The notes: generated from the sequence alone by a model not told the origin. Shown: positions 19,518 through 29,943, counted from the stretch's first letter. The stretch: 64,000 nt of DNA from Pyrinomonadaceae bacterium (GCA_963730985.1 CAVSTX010000004.1:826708-890707), one strand, 5' to 3'. A program made the numbers and translations.

Positions 19518-21531
19518 TGCATATCACGGCGACGCAGCCGCGGCGCTGATCAAAGACGGCCAACTGATCGCTGCGGTTGAAGAGGAACGCTTCAATCGCG
19601 TTAAGCACTGCGCCGGTTTCCCAGCGGAGTCGATACGCTATTGCCTGCGCGTGGCAGGAATTGGGATCGAGGCAGTCGATCACATCGGAGTTTCCAGGGA
19701 TCCGTCGGCGCACTTGCACAAGAAGGTCTTGTTTGCGGCGACACGCGCTGCGAAGCAAGCAACGGGGCGGGGAAGGAAGCAGGAGGTGAGGAAGCAGGGG
19801 CGCAGGAGGCAGGAGGCAGGAGGCGGTGGGCAGGAAGCAGAGGGCGACGTGGGAGTTCTTACTCAGGACTCAGCACTCAGGACTCAGGACTCTATTCCTA
19901 CTCAGGACTCCATTCCTACTCAGGACTCAGCACTCAGCACTCAGCACTCTAAAAACGGCAACGGTCGGGGAATCTTCGGTCAGATCAAGGACCGTCTGGG
20001 AAACGCCGCAAAGATCCGGGACCTGAAAGAGGAACTAGCGAGGGTGCTCGGGGTAACGTCGAACAGCCTGCGCGCACAGTTTCATAACATCGAACACCAT
20101 CGCGCGCACCTGGCGAGCTCATTCTACGTTTCACCTTTCGATCGTGCAGCGCTGCTTTCGATTGACGGCTTCGGCGATTTCATCTCGACGATGTGGGCCG
20201 TCGGTGAAGGGAACTCGATCGACGTTTTAGACCAGGTGGAGTATCCCCATTCCTCAGGAATTGTTTATACGGCGACTACGCAGTTTCTCGGATTCCCGCA
20301 TTACGGCGATGAAGGAAAGGTGATGGGCCTCGCGCCTTATGGTAATCCGCGCTTCATCGAAGACTTTCGTAACATCATTCGTACTGAAACGGGCGGGAAG
20401 TTTAGTCTGAATCTCGATTACTTCCGGCATCATTCGGAAGGTGTCGACATGACATGGGACCAGGGGTCGCCTGTCATTGGAAGAATCTTTTCCGATGAAT
20501 ATGCCCGTACGTTTGGGCCGGCGCGACCACCCGGCGCGCCATTGACTGATCGTGAACGCGATATTGCCGCCAGTCTGCAGTTGCGGCTCGAGGAAATTTG
20601 CTTTCACGTTCTCAATCACCTGCATGAAGCGACAGGACTGACGCAGCTCGGTTTGTCGGGCGGGGTCGCTTACAACTCGGTGATGAACGGAAAGATTCTT
20701 CTCAACACTCCGTTCAGAGAAATTTTTGTGCAGCCGGCAGCGGGCGATAGCGGTACCGCCATCGGCGCCTGTTATGAGATTGATAGCCGCGTAAAGCGTG
20801 CCAACAGTTCGCGCGGCAACGGCAATCCGCGATCAAAACTCGCGAGTCAACGCTACGTGATGGAAGGCGCTTACACTGGTCCGGAATTTTCGAGCGAAGA
20901 GATCGTTACTGAACTTGAACGCAGCTCACTGGATTACGAAACTTACGATGACCGGGAAGTTACCAGACGTGCGGCGCAGGACATTGCCGATGGCCTGGTT
21001 GTCGGTTGGTTTCAGGGCCGCATGGAGTTTGGACCGAGGGCACTCGGTAATCGTTCGATCGTCGTCGATCCTCGCCGGGCTGAAATGAAAGATACACTCA
21101 ACGAGCGCATCAAGAAGCGTGAGCCATTCCGCCCGTTTGCTCCGTCCATTCTTGCAGAACACACGGCAGAGTATTTCGAGCAAAGCCATCCCGCGCCGAC
21201 GATGTTAATGGTCTATCAGGTTAAGGAGGAACACCGCGCGGATATTCCAGCGGTAACACACGTCGACGGCTCGGGGCGCCTGCAAACGGTGTCGAGAGAA
21301 GTGAACGATCGCTATTACCAGTTGATTTCCGACTTTCATGCGCTGACGGGTGTTCCTGTCGTTCTCAATACGTCGTTCAATGAAAACGAGCCGGTAGTCT
21401 GCACACCGCGACACGCAATCGACTGTTTCTTAAAGACGCGGATGGATGTGTTGTATCTTGGGAATCATGCTGTCCGGAGGAGTCAGGACGACGGACGACC
21501 GCAGACCGATGACCGCGGCACTGCAGTCTAA
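19498..21531 (+). CDS. NodU/CmcH-family carbamoyltransferase with a low-complexity insertion of about 60 aa
   Basis: Carries 'MYILGINAYHGDAAAALIKDGQLIAAVEEERFNRVKH' and 'EHHRAHLASSFYVSPF', with the C-terminal 'NTSFNENEPVV'. The insertion lies at roughly residues 90-150. Confidence 0.85.
   Translation: MYILGINAYHGDAAAALIKDGQLIAAVEEERFNRVKHCAGFPAESIRYCLRVAGIGIEAVDHIGVSRDPSAHLHKKVLFAATRAAKQATGRGRKQEVRKQGRRRQEAGGGGQEAEGDVGVLTQDSALRTQDSIPTQDSIPTQDSALSTQHSKNGNGRGIFGQIKDRLGNAAKIRDLKEELARVLGVTSNSLRAQFHNIEHHRAHLASSFYVSPFDRAALLSIDGFGDFISTMWAVGEGNSIDVLDQVEYPHSSGIVYTATTQFLGFPHYGDEGKVMGLAPYGNPRFIEDFRNIIRTETGGKFSLNLDYFRHHSEGVDMTWDQGSPVIGRIFSDEYARTFGPARPPGAPLTDRERDIAASLQLRLEEICFHVLNHLHEATGLTQLGLSGGVAYNSVMNGKILLNTPFREIFVQPAAGDSGTAIGACYEIDSRVKRANSSRGNGNPRSKLASQRYVMEGAYTGPEFSSEEIVTELERSSLDYETYDDREVTRRAAQDIADGLVVGWFQGRMEFGPRALGNRSIVVDPRRAEMKDTLNERIKKREPFRPFAPSILAEHTAEYFEQSHPAPTMLMVYQVKEEHRADIPAVTHVDGSGRLQTVSREVNDRYYQLISDFHALTGVPVVLNTSFNENEPVVCTPRHAIDCFLKTRMDVLYLGNHAVRRSQDDGRPQTDDRGTAV
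19774..19948. repeat. Two adjacent heptamer-based tandem arrays inside the carbamoyltransferase CDS
   Basis: GCAGGAG occurs three times perfectly at 19802-19822, with degenerate flanking units. ACTCAGG/ACTCAGC units span 19861-19948, interrupted twice by an 11-mer (actctattcct and actccattcct). Confidence 0.9.
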
Positions 21532-21598
21532 AGTCGTCTCAGGAACTAGCTTCCAACCGCAATGACGGTCGGCCGTCGTCGGTCCACCGTCGAGGACT

Positions 21599-22603
21599 AT
21601 GAAAAAAGCTTTAATCACCGGAATCACTGGCCAGGATGGAAGCTACCTGGCGGAGCATCTGCTCGGGCTGGGGTATGAGGTCCATGGACTCGTGCGGCGC
21701 GTCGCCCTCGAGGCGCCTGAGCGACGCACTGAACGCATTGCGCATCTGCTGGACAAAATCACTCTGCATCCTGCGAGTCTTGAGAGTTACCCGAGCATTT
21801 TTAATGTGGTCAGCCGGATCGATTTTAACGAGTTGTATCATCTTGCCGCGCAGAGTTTTGTCGCCGAAAGTTTTGCTGACGGCTTCTCGACGATGAACAC
21901 AAACATCAACGGCACGCATTATGTGCTCGCGGCATTAAGAGAGCTGCGGCCCAATTGTCGTTTTTATTTCGCCGGCTCGAGCGAGATGTTTGGCAAAGTG
22001 CGCGAGGTGCCGCAGAACGAGGACACGCCGTTCTACCCACGCAGTCCTTACGGCATCAGTAAAGTGGCCGGGTTTCAATTAACGCGGAACTATCGCGAAG
22101 CCTACGGAATGTTTTGTGTCGGCGGAATTCTCTTCAACCACGAAGGCCCGCGCCGCGGGCACGAGTTCGTAACCAGAAAAATCAGCAGCAACGTGGCGCG
22201 CATTAAGTTGGGACTTGCTAGCGAACTGCGCCTGGGAAATCTGGAAGCGCGGCGCGACTGGGGGCACGCGAAAGACTACGTTCGCGCCATGCATTTGATG
22301 CTGCAACAATCAGAGCCCGACGACTTTGTAATTGCGACCGGAGTCGATCACAGCGTGCGAGAGTTTTGCCAGCGGGCTTTTGATGAAGTCGGACTCGATT
22401 ATCGCGACTATGTCGTGACCGACGAACGTTTTCAACGCCCGGCTGAAGTCGATCAACTAGTAGGTGACGCATCAAAAGCGCGAGAGCGGCTCGGTTGGAC
22501 CCCTCAGTACACATTTGAAGAGTTGATCAGCGAGATGGTGAATGCAGATCTGGAAACAATCGGCCGTTCGGTAAGGGAGCCCGAGGCAGTACACAAAACA
22601 TAA
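21599..22603 (+). CDS. gmd: GDP-mannose 4,6-dehydratase
   Basis: '[34 protein letters not shown]' and 'SPYGISKV' form the canonical Gmd N-terminus and YxxxK region. Confidence 0.9.
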   Translation: MKKALITGITGQDGSYLAEHLLGLGYEVHGLVRRVALEAPERRTERIAHLLDKITLHPASLESYPSIFNVVSRIDFNELYHLAAQSFVAESFADGFSTMNTNINGTHYVLAALRELRPNCRFYFAGSSEMFGKVREVPQNEDTPFYPRSPYGISKVAGFQLTRNYREAYGMFCVGGILFNHEGPRRGHEFVTRKISSNVARIKLGLASELRLGNLEARRDWGHAKDYVRAMHLMLQQSEPDDFVIATGVDHSVREFCQRAFDEVGLDYRDYVVTDERFQRPAEVDQLVGDASKARERLGWTPQYTFEELISEMVNADLETIGRSVREPEAVHKT

Positions 22604-22604
22604 C

Positions 22605-23582
22605 ATGCGAATATTAATCACCGGCGGGGCAGGGTTCATCGGTTCACATCTTTGCGAGCGATTGCTCGAAAGCGGACACGACGTAATTTGTCTGGACAAT
22701 TTCTTCACCGGCCGTCGCGCGAACATAATCAAGCTGCTGGACAACCATCGTTTCGAGATGATTCGTCACGACGTCATCGAGCCGATACTGTTGGAAGTCG
22801 ATCAAATCTATAACCTCGCTTGTCCTGCTTCGCCGATTCATTACCAGTACAACCCGGTGAAAACGGTCAAGACGAGCGTGATGGGAATGATCAACATGCT
22901 CGGGCTGGCCAAACGAGTGCGCGCGCGAATTCTGCAGGCATCGACGTCTGAAGTGTATGGCGATCCGCTCGTACATCCGCAGACGGAAGACTATTGGGGC
23001 AACGTGAATCCAATCGGTTTGCGCTCGTGCTACGACGAAGGAAAGCGCATCGCCGAAACCCTGATGATGGATTACCACCGCCAAAACAAGGTGGACACAA
23101 GAATCGCGCGAATTTTCAACACGTATGGCCCGCGCATGCTCGAGAATGACGGCCGCGTCGTTTCAAACTTCATCGTCCAGGCCCTCCGCGGGGAACCGTT
23201 GACGCTTTATGGCGATGGAGACCAGACACGCTCGTTCTGTTATGTCGATGATTTGGTAGAAGCGTTGATACGTCTCATGAACATCGATGACGTTCATGAA
23301 CCAGTCAACCTTGGTAACCCGGGCGAGTTCACTATCAAACAACTGGCGGACGAGGTAATCAGAATCTCGGGTTCAAACTCAAGCGTGGTCCATCTGCCGC
23401 TTCCGCAGGACGATCCAAAGCAACGCCAACCGAACATTTCCCGGGCACAGGAACTGCTGGATTGGAACCCTACGATTCCACTGAACGAGGGACTGAAAAA
23501 GACAGTCGCGTATTTTCGCGGTCGAGCCAGTCGGAACCAGTCGGCTGAGCGCAAGCAGCAAACCGCGAGCGCGGCAGATTAG
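22605..23582 (+). CDS. UDP-glucuronate decarboxylase (UDP-xylose synthase type SDR)
   Basis: '[36 protein letters not shown]', 'STSEVYGDP' and 'YDEGKR' match the UXS/ArnA-decarboxylase signature. Confidence 0.85.
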   Translation: MRILITGGAGFIGSHLCERLLESGHDVICLDNFFTGRRANIIKLLDNHRFEMIRHDVIEPILLEVDQIYNLACPASPIHYQYNPVKTVKTSVMGMINMLGLAKRVRARILQASTSEVYGDPLVHPQTEDYWGNVNPIGLRSCYDEGKRIAETLMMDYHRQNKVDTRIARIFNTYGPRMLENDGRVVSNFIVQALRGEPLTLYGDGDQTRSFCYVDDLVEALIRLMNIDDVHEPVNLGNPGEFTIKQLADEVIRISGSNSSVVHLPLPQDDPKQRQPNISRAQELLDWNPTIPLNEGLKKTVAYFRGRASRNQSAERKQQTASAAD

Positions 23583-23642
23583 TCTGCATCGAGCCTTCTC
23601 AATTTCGTTTCTTATTTACCAGACCAACTAATCGTTTCTGAC

Positions 23643-24890
23643 ATGAAAGTCTTGCTGCTCAATCAGTGTTTCTACCCGGATGTGATGGCCACGGCGCAGC
23701 AACTGACCGATCTCGCGCTCGGACTGAAAGCGGAAGGACATGAAGTCACTGTAATCACAAGTGACCGCGGCTACGATGATCCGACGAAACGATTTGCGCG
23801 AAAGGAAACGTGGAAGGGCATCGACATCGTTCGCATTCCCTCGCTCGCAATCGGCAAGGGCGCGCGCTGGCGGCGAGCAGCAAACTTCGCCAGTTTTCTT
23901 TTCGCGTGTTCGCTACGACTTCTCGTCTCTCGCCAGTTCGACGCGGTTGTCGCTTTAACTTCGCCGCCTTTGATTTCTTTTCTGGGCGCTCTTTTTACGC
24001 GGATTCGAGGTGGCCGATTTTATTTTTGGGTGATGGATCTGAACCCTGATGAGGCAATTGCCGCGGGATGGCTGACGGAGGGCTCTTTCACAGCGCGCTT
24101 GTTAGGTTCCTTCCTCAATTACAGTCTCCGCCACGCGAATGGCATTGTGGCTCTGGACCATTTTATGAAAGCACGAATCGTGGCCAAGGGTGTTCCGGAC
24201 GATCTGGTCACCGTCTTACCGCCCTGGGCGCATGATGTGAGATTCGACCAGGAGGGAAGAGACGCTTTCCGGCGCGAGTATCAGCTGGAAGATCGTTTCG
24301 TGGTGATGTACGCAGGGAACCACAGTCCTTGTCATCCGCTCGACACGTTGCTCGCCGCAGCACGAAATCTTTCAACCGATCAACGCATTGTCTTTTGTTT
24401 TGTGGGCGGTGGAAGCGAGCAAGGCAAGGTCAGAGAGTTTGCCGCCACGCATCGCCTGTATAATGTGCGGTGTCTGCCATACCGGCCTTTCAGTCAGCTC
24501 TCTGGGTCGCTTTCTGCTGCTGACCTTCATGTGGTGGTGATGGGGGAGGATTTCGTCGGAATCGTGCACCCATCGAAAGTCTATAACATAGTACAGGTGG
24601 GCTGTCCGTTCCTTTATATCGGGCCCAATCAGAGCCATATAACCGAGCTGGCCGCGCGCCTCAATGGCAATCACCAGACGTATCTGGCGGCTCATGGCGA
24701 CGTGGAAGCAGTCGTCGAACAAATTCGTTTTGCCGCAAACCTGAAATGGACTACCCCTGTGGCTGCCAACGAAATCGCAGCTTCGTGTTCCCGTCAGTCG
24801 CTGCTCCCGCGATTGATAAAGTTACTGACGTCCGATGGTTTGACTGACAACAAACTATCGCCGTCAACCACTGCCGTCGAGGTTCGTTGA
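23643..24890 (+). CDS. GT4 glycosyltransferase (WcaI-like)
   Basis: 'MKVLLLNQCFYPDVMATAQQLTDLALGLKAEGHEVTVIT' is a WcaI-type N-terminus. Confidence 0.75.
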   Translation: MKVLLLNQCFYPDVMATAQQLTDLALGLKAEGHEVTVITSDRGYDDPTKRFARKETWKGIDIVRIPSLAIGKGARWRRAANFASFLFACSLRLLVSRQFDAVVALTSPPLISFLGALFTRIRGGRFYFWVMDLNPDEAIAAGWLTEGSFTARLLGSFLNYSLRHANGIVALDHFMKARIVAKGVPDDLVTVLPPWAHDVRFDQEGRDAFRREYQLEDRFVVMYAGNHSPCHPLDTLLAAARNLSTDQRIVFCFVGGGSEQGKVREFAATHRLYNVRCLPYRPFSQLSGSLSAADLHVVVMGEDFVGIVHPSKVYNIVQVGCPFLYIGPNQSHITELAARLNGNHQTYLAAHGDVEAVVEQIRFAANLKWTTPVAANEIAASCSRQSLLPRLIKLLTSDGLTDNKLSPSTTAVEVR

Positions 24891-24929
24891 TATTCGCCCG
24901 GCAGCTCCCCTGTTAGTGAGGTTACTCCC

Positions 24930-26534
24930 GTGAATACTTTTTTCGCTCTGTTTATGATCAGCACACTCGCCTCGCTGATCATCACACCGCTCATTCGTCG
25001 TTTCTGTCAGCGCCTTGGTCTGTTGGACGTTCCCACAGATGGCCGCCGGCTTCATACCAGCGCAATACCGAGGCTCGGTGGCGTAGCGCTGTACCTGTCG
25101 TGCGCGGTGACGTTATCCATACTTCCGTTTGTTGATAACCTGCTGACACAGGACCTCCGCAGCCATGGTTCCGACTTCCTAATCGCGCTTGTTCCGGCAA
25201 CGCTCGTCTTACTGCTTGGCGTTTACGACGATTTGCGCGGAACTAATGCGGTGGTCAAGTTTGCCGCCCTCGGCTTAATCGCTGCGTTGTTCTTTGCCAT
25301 GGGCGGCCGCATTGCGGCGCTGTCGATACCCTTTGTCGGATCGATTGAACTGCCTCTCGTGGTGTCATTTTTCGTGACGGTGTTTTGGTTGGTGGGCATT
25401 GCAAACGCCTTCAACCTAATCGACGGCATGGACGGTCTGGCCTCCGGCGCTGCACTCTTTTCGTCGCTTGTCATCCTCGCCATTTCTTTCGCGCAGGGCC
25501 AGCCCGTAATGATTGTGTTTGCCCTCGTGCTGTGCGGATCGCTCGCGGGGTTTCTTCGTTACAATTTCAACCCTGCATCAATCTTTCTTGGCGACTCAGG
25601 TGCTCTCTTTGTGGGCTTCAGTTTGGCGGCATTGTCAGTACTCGAAGCACGCAAAGCGACAACTGCGGTCGCGATTGTTATTCCCGTCTTGGCTTTTGGA
25701 CTCCCCGTCGTCGATACGGCGGTCACGATCACGCGCCGGATGATTAGCCGCAAGCCACTTTTCCAGGGCGACAGCGAGCATATACATCACATGCTGCTGG
25801 CACGTGGTTGGTCGCAACAACACGTCGCGCTGGTGCTCTACGGCGCGTGTGCAGCATTTGGTTTGACCGCGATCGTGTTTACCAGCGCGGACTCCGGAGT
25901 AATCGGGCTGGGTTTGTTTGTTCTCGGCGTTGTGACGCTGATTGCCGTAGGCCACTTGCGCTATCACGAAGTTGATGAATTGCGCGCTGGGGTAAAACGA
26001 ACTGTCGGGGATCGACGTGTGCGTGTAGCGAATAACATCCGTGTAAGACGCGCTGCGTTGGCACTCACCAAGTCTTCAAACCTGCACGAGCTTTTCGATG
26101 CTCTTGCAGTGATGCTCGACTTCGAAGAATTTGCTTACGCAAACTTGCAGATTGGTGAAGCTGGACGAGCTGACGTTAACGAACGCGCGTTCAACGCGAG
26201 CACCCATCGTCGTACCAACGAGCAACTCACAATGCGAAACGGCCGCATCGCATGGTCGTGGAAGCGCAACGGACTTCAGGAGGATGAAGTAATCGGTTCC
26301 AGCCGTTTCTGGTGTTTCCGTTTGCCGCTCTCTTCGGATGGCCGCGAGTGGGGATGGATCAATCTCTATCGACAGTTTGATGACTCTCCGTTGCTGCTGG
26401 ACATGAATTATCTCACTGGCTTCCTCCGGACGGATCTGGCGGCCGCCGTCAGCCGAATTCTTCAGTCGCACGAAAAACCGGCCAGAGCCGCCCGCGTTTC
26501 TCTGCCGATAACCGCTGGCAAAACCGCCGGCTAA
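24930..26534 (+). CDS. MraY/WecA/WbpL-family polyprenyl-phosphate sugar-1-phosphate transferase with a C-terminal soluble extension
   Basis: Polytopic membrane protein with 'NAFNLIDGMDGLASG' and 'GDSGALFVGF'. About 185 extra non-hydrophobic residues follow residue ~350. The start is GTG. Confidence 0.8.
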   Translation: MNTFFALFMISTLASLIITPLIRRFCQRLGLLDVPTDGRRLHTSAIPRLGGVALYLSCAVTLSILPFVDNLLTQDLRSHGSDFLIALVPATLVLLLGVYDDLRGTNAVVKFAALGLIAALFFAMGGRIAALSIPFVGSIELPLVVSFFVTVFWLVGIANAFNLIDGMDGLASGAALFSSLVILAISFAQGQPVMIVFALVLCGSLAGFLRYNFNPASIFLGDSGALFVGFSLAALSVLEARKATTAVAIVIPVLAFGLPVVDTAVTITRRMISRKPLFQGDSEHIHHMLLARGWSQQHVALVLYGACAAFGLTAIVFTSADSGVIGLGLFVLGVVTLIAVGHLRYHEVDELRAGVKRTVGDRRVRVANNIRVRRAALALTKSSNLHELFDALAVMLDFEEFAYANLQIGEAGRADVNERAFNASTHRRTNEQLTMRNGRIAWSWKRNGLQEDEVIGSSRFWCFRLPLSSDGREWGWINLYRQFDDSPLLLDMNYLTGFLRTDLAAAVSRILQSHEKPARAARVSLPITAGKTAG

Positions 26535-26536
26535 AC

Positions 26537-27958
26537 ATGCAAGCCTCCATCGCAGAATCGTTAGCCGCACCTGCGGCTCCCGTTAAGGTGCGCGCCACAG
26601 CCGTGTTCGGCGGTATTGTTTTCTACTCGCTGCTCGGCCTGTTAGTAATCGCCGTGGTGCCGTATGGCTCGGCAGAGATGTGGTGGAAAGCGTTTTTCGT
26701 GTGCGGCGTTTTTACGCTCGCGATCGTGTGGCTAATCGAAGGTTATATCCGTAAGGCGTGGCTGACAGATGGCGTCGCAGTTGTTTTACCTATTGTAGTG
26801 CTCGCAGTTTTCGCTTTGCTGCAAACGATCAACCTTGGATCGGCAAACCTGAACGCGGCAGAAACGGGACCGGCGTGGAACGCCATCAGCGTCGATCCCT
26901 ATCAAACTCGCTTCTTCGCCCTGCAACTGCTGGCGCTTGCGCTCGTCTGCGTTTTTCTTTTCAGTTATGCAACTACCGAGCGGCGCTGGCGAATCTTGAT
27001 AAATGTCGTGATTGCAATCGCGGTTGTCAGCGCGATTTTCGGAATCTTGCGCCAAACGACGCAGCATGACCACGGCTTTGTGCTGCCACTGCTTCGTAAC
27101 GAGCAGGGTTACGGACAATTCATAAATCGCAACCACTTCGCATTCCTGATGGAGATGGCACTCGGTCTCGGTTTGGGAATGACTATTGGCGGCGGTGCGA
27201 GACGCGAGCAGGCGATGATTTATTTCGCGGCCTTACTGTCGCTCTGGACCGCGTTGGTGTTGTGCGGCTCGCGGGCGGGGCTGGTAGCGATGGCGGCGCA
27301 GTTGATCGTGGCAGCGTTGCTATTTGGTCTTGGCAACCGAGGGTGGGCGACTGAGTCTGATTCAAAGGTGGCGCGTCTTGTTCAATCGCGGCCTGTGCAA
27401 GTCGCGCTGGTAGCCGTGTTGCTTCTCGGGATTGTTGTCGGCACTGTTTGGCTCGGAGGCGATCGTCTCGCCGCGCGTATCGAGGAATCGCGAAACGAGT
27501 TAAATGTTGAAACGGACGAACTGCGTTATGCTGTTAGTCGAAACGAGATTTGGCGATTGACCGCTAGAATGATTGCGGCGCATCCAATTGCAGGAGTCGG
27601 GCTGGGCGCATACTGGGCGACCGTTCCGAAGTATCACGACGGCTCCGGCAGAATGACTCCGCAGGAGGCACACAACGACTATCTGGAATTGATTGCCAGC
27701 GCCGGTATTGTCGGTGCCGCCGTTCTTATTTGGTTTCTGGTCATTGTGTCTCGACGAACGCGGATAAACCTCCAGCATAGAGACTACTTCCGCCGTTCGG
27801 CTGCGTTTGGAGCGGCGGTGGGACTAACGGGCGTGGCCGTTCACAGTTTGTTCGACTTTGGCTTACACGTAATGGTTAATGCGTTCGTTCTGATATTGTT
27901 GATATTTCTGGCGACAGCGCGAGCGCCGCAGAGAACGACGGGCATGAGAGACTTATGA
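26537..27958 (+). CDS. O-antigen ligase/polymerase (Wzy_C-type) membrane protein
   Basis: A multi-TM protein with 'RNHFAFLMEMALGLG', 'CGSRAGL' and 'HNDYLELIASAGIVGA'. Confidence 0.75.
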   Translation: MQASIAESLAAPAAPVKVRATAVFGGIVFYSLLGLLVIAVVPYGSAEMWWKAFFVCGVFTLAIVWLIEGYIRKAWLTDGVAVVLPIVVLAVFALLQTINLGSANLNAAETGPAWNAISVDPYQTRFFALQLLALALVCVFLFSYATTERRWRILINVVIAIAVVSAIFGILRQTTQHDHGFVLPLLRNEQGYGQFINRNHFAFLMEMALGLGLGMTIGGGARREQAMIYFAALLSLWTALVLCGSRAGLVAMAAQLIVAALLFGLGNRGWATESDSKVARLVQSRPVQVALVAVLLLGIVVGTVWLGGDRLAARIEESRNELNVETDELRYAVSRNEIWRLTARMIAAHPIAGVGLGAYWATVPKYHDGSGRMTPQEAHNDYLELIASAGIVGAAVLIWFLVIVSRRTRINLQHRDYFRRSAAFGAAVGLTGVAVHSLFDFGLHVMVNAFVLILLIFLATARAPQRTTGMRDL

Positions 27959-29880
27959 AGTTTTCGATGCGAATAAACAAAGCTTTGGCAGCGTGGATTG
28001 CCGTTTCAGTTGCTTCCGCGATGTGTTGGGGCGCTGCCTTCCAGGGTGCGTCGGGTGGCGCGAGTGCACTGCAGGGACAGGACATCATGGGTGGCGCGGC
28101 GATCGTATTTAAGCGGCCCCAGCGCGTAAGAGACATCGTCGGCGGAGCAGCGCAGCTGATGAGACGCCACCGGTCGACACCCCGATCGACAGACATCGCC
28201 AGAAACACGTCACCGGATCGACGTCCGCGTCCGAGAGCAGGGGAGCCGGAGATAGTTGACGCTCGCATCAGTGACGCCGACAAAGCCGAGTCAGCCAAGG
28301 CGGAGGGTAACGCTTTCTACGACAGTGGCGAATTCGCTAAGGCTATTAATGCCTACTTAACGGCGGCGAAACTCGCACCTAAAGACCCTCTCATCTACAA
28401 CAACCTGGGCGCTGCTTACGTCAGCATGGGCCAACACACCGAAGCGGCAGCTGCCTTCAAGAAATCACTTACGCTCAAGCCCGGCGATGCCGACGCGCTG
28501 TTTAATTTGGGCATAGCGCAAAACGCACTGGAAGAGTATGGCGGAGCAGAGGAGTCGCTTAAGGGTGCGTTGTCTGCAAAAAAGGATTGGCCTGAAGCCT
28601 ACAACGCGATTGGTGATGCCTTCCTGGGATTGGGTCGTTTCAAAGAAGCGGTCACTGCCTATGTAGAGGTCGTGCGACTGCAGCCCGATAACGCAACCGC
28701 ATTTAGCAATCTCGGCTTTGCTTACGACCAACTTGGGATGGCAGCCGAGTCAATTGCTGCGTTGCAAAGCGCAGTTAAGCTCAAACCGGATGATGCCGTG
28801 GCTTACAACAACCTTGGGGCAAGCTTCTTCAAGGGCGGTCGATACCCTGAGTCCGTCGAAGCTTTCACGAATGCCGCCCGTTTGAAGCCCGGTGATGCCG
28901 AAACACTAAACAACTTAGGTGCGGCCTACTACATCACCGAACAGTATTCGAAGGCGTTGGAAACATTCATTCTTGCTACGGCCGCGAAGCCCGACTTTCC
29001 AGACGCTCACTACAATCTCGGCAACGCTTATTACATGTCGAGAAAGTTTCCGGAAGCTGCGAAGGCCTACGCCGAAGCAATTCGACTTAAGCCGGCATAC
29101 GTAGAAGCCAGGACAAACCTTGGAAGTCTTCTCATTGCGCTTAATGATTATTCGAAAGCAGTCGCAGAGCTTCAGGAAGCAATCCGGCTGAAAACGGACA
29201 ATCCCGTGTCGCACAACAACCTCGGTTACGCATATCTCAAGATTGGCGAGGGAAGCGACAAGGCAGCAGCACCGGAGCATTACCGGAAGGCAGTGACTGA
29301 ATTTAAGGAAGCGATCCAGCTCAAACCTGATTACGCCAAGGCGCTGAACAACCTGGGACTCGTGTTAAGCAGACTTGAAGATCTCCCGGGAGCAATCGAT
29401 GCGCTGCAAAGCGCTATTCGACTGAAGCCCGACTTCGCTGAAGCTTATTACAATTTAGGGACTGCCTATCACGCTCGGAACCAGTTAAACGAAGCCGTCG
29501 CTGCACTCCAGCAGGCTGTGAAGTTTCGAAGTGATTTTGTTGATGCCTACAACAGCCTTGGTTCCGTCTTGTACAAGAACCAGCAATTCGACCAGGCGAT
29601 AGGGGCATTCAACCGGACCCTCGCTTTACGTCCTGATGATGCAGAGACGCACAACAATGTCGGCAAGGTCTACGTCAGGACCAAGCGCTACAAGGAAGCG
29701 GCTGCTGCCTTCAAGGCGGCGGTACGCTTGAAACCGGCCTTTGCCGAGGCGCATTTCAACCTGGCTGTGGCGTATGCCGCGCTCGGCGAGAGGCAGGCGG
29801 CGCTCAACGAGTACCAGATTCTCAAAGGGTTGGATCCAAATCTCGCTACCGAGTTCTTTAACCGTTTTATTAAGAAATAG
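27955..29880 (+). CDS. Secreted TPR-repeat protein
   Basis: An N-terminal signal-like segment is followed by about 14-16 tandem 34-aa TPR units ('A..YNNLG.AY...G.Y.EA...F..A..L.P'). Confidence 0.85.
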   Translation: MKFSMRINKALAAWIAVSVASAMCWGAAFQGASGGASALQGQDIMGGAAIVFKRPQRVRDIVGGAAQLMRRHRSTPRSTDIARNTSPDRRPRPRAGEPEIVDARISDADKAESAKAEGNAFYDSGEFAKAINAYLTAAKLAPKDPLIYNNLGAAYVSMGQHTEAAAAFKKSLTLKPGDADALFNLGIAQNALEEYGGAEESLKGALSAKKDWPEAYNAIGDAFLGLGRFKEAVTAYVEVVRLQPDNATAFSNLGFAYDQLGMAAESIAALQSAVKLKPDDAVAYNNLGASFFKGGRYPESVEAFTNAARLKPGDAETLNNLGAAYYITEQYSKALETFILATAAKPDFPDAHYNLGNAYYMSRKFPEAAKAYAEAIRLKPAYVEARTNLGSLLIALNDYSKAVAELQEAIRLKTDNPVSHNNLGYAYLKIGEGSDKAAAPEHYRKAVTEFKEAIQLKPDYAKALNNLGLVLSRLEDLPGAIDALQSAIRLKPDFAEAYYNLGTAYHARNQLNEAVAALQQAVKFRSDFVDAYNSLGSVLYKNQQFDQAIGAFNRTLALRPDDAETHNNVGKVYVRTKRYKEAAAAFKAAVRLKPAFAEAHFNLAVAYAALGERQAALNEYQILKGLDPNLATEFFNRFIKK

Positions 29881-29943
29881 GCTTCTTGGGGCGGAATATT
29901 GGTCGAATTCCCCCCTAAACCTGGGTACCAGGCAACATAACCA

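Noticed and set aside
19774-19948. A possible CRISPR array or other spacer-repeat structure.
   Set aside because: The units are 7-11 nt and directly tandem with no unique spacers. They lie within a continuous ORF, and no cas genes are present in the window.
21486-21585. An imperfect 15-bp inverted repeat (ggacgacggacgacc / ggtcggccgtcgtc) spanning the carbamoyltransferase stop.
   Set aside because: The arms are low-complexity GAC/GTC repeats with a mismatch and a loop of about 64 nt. This is weak evidence for a functional structure.
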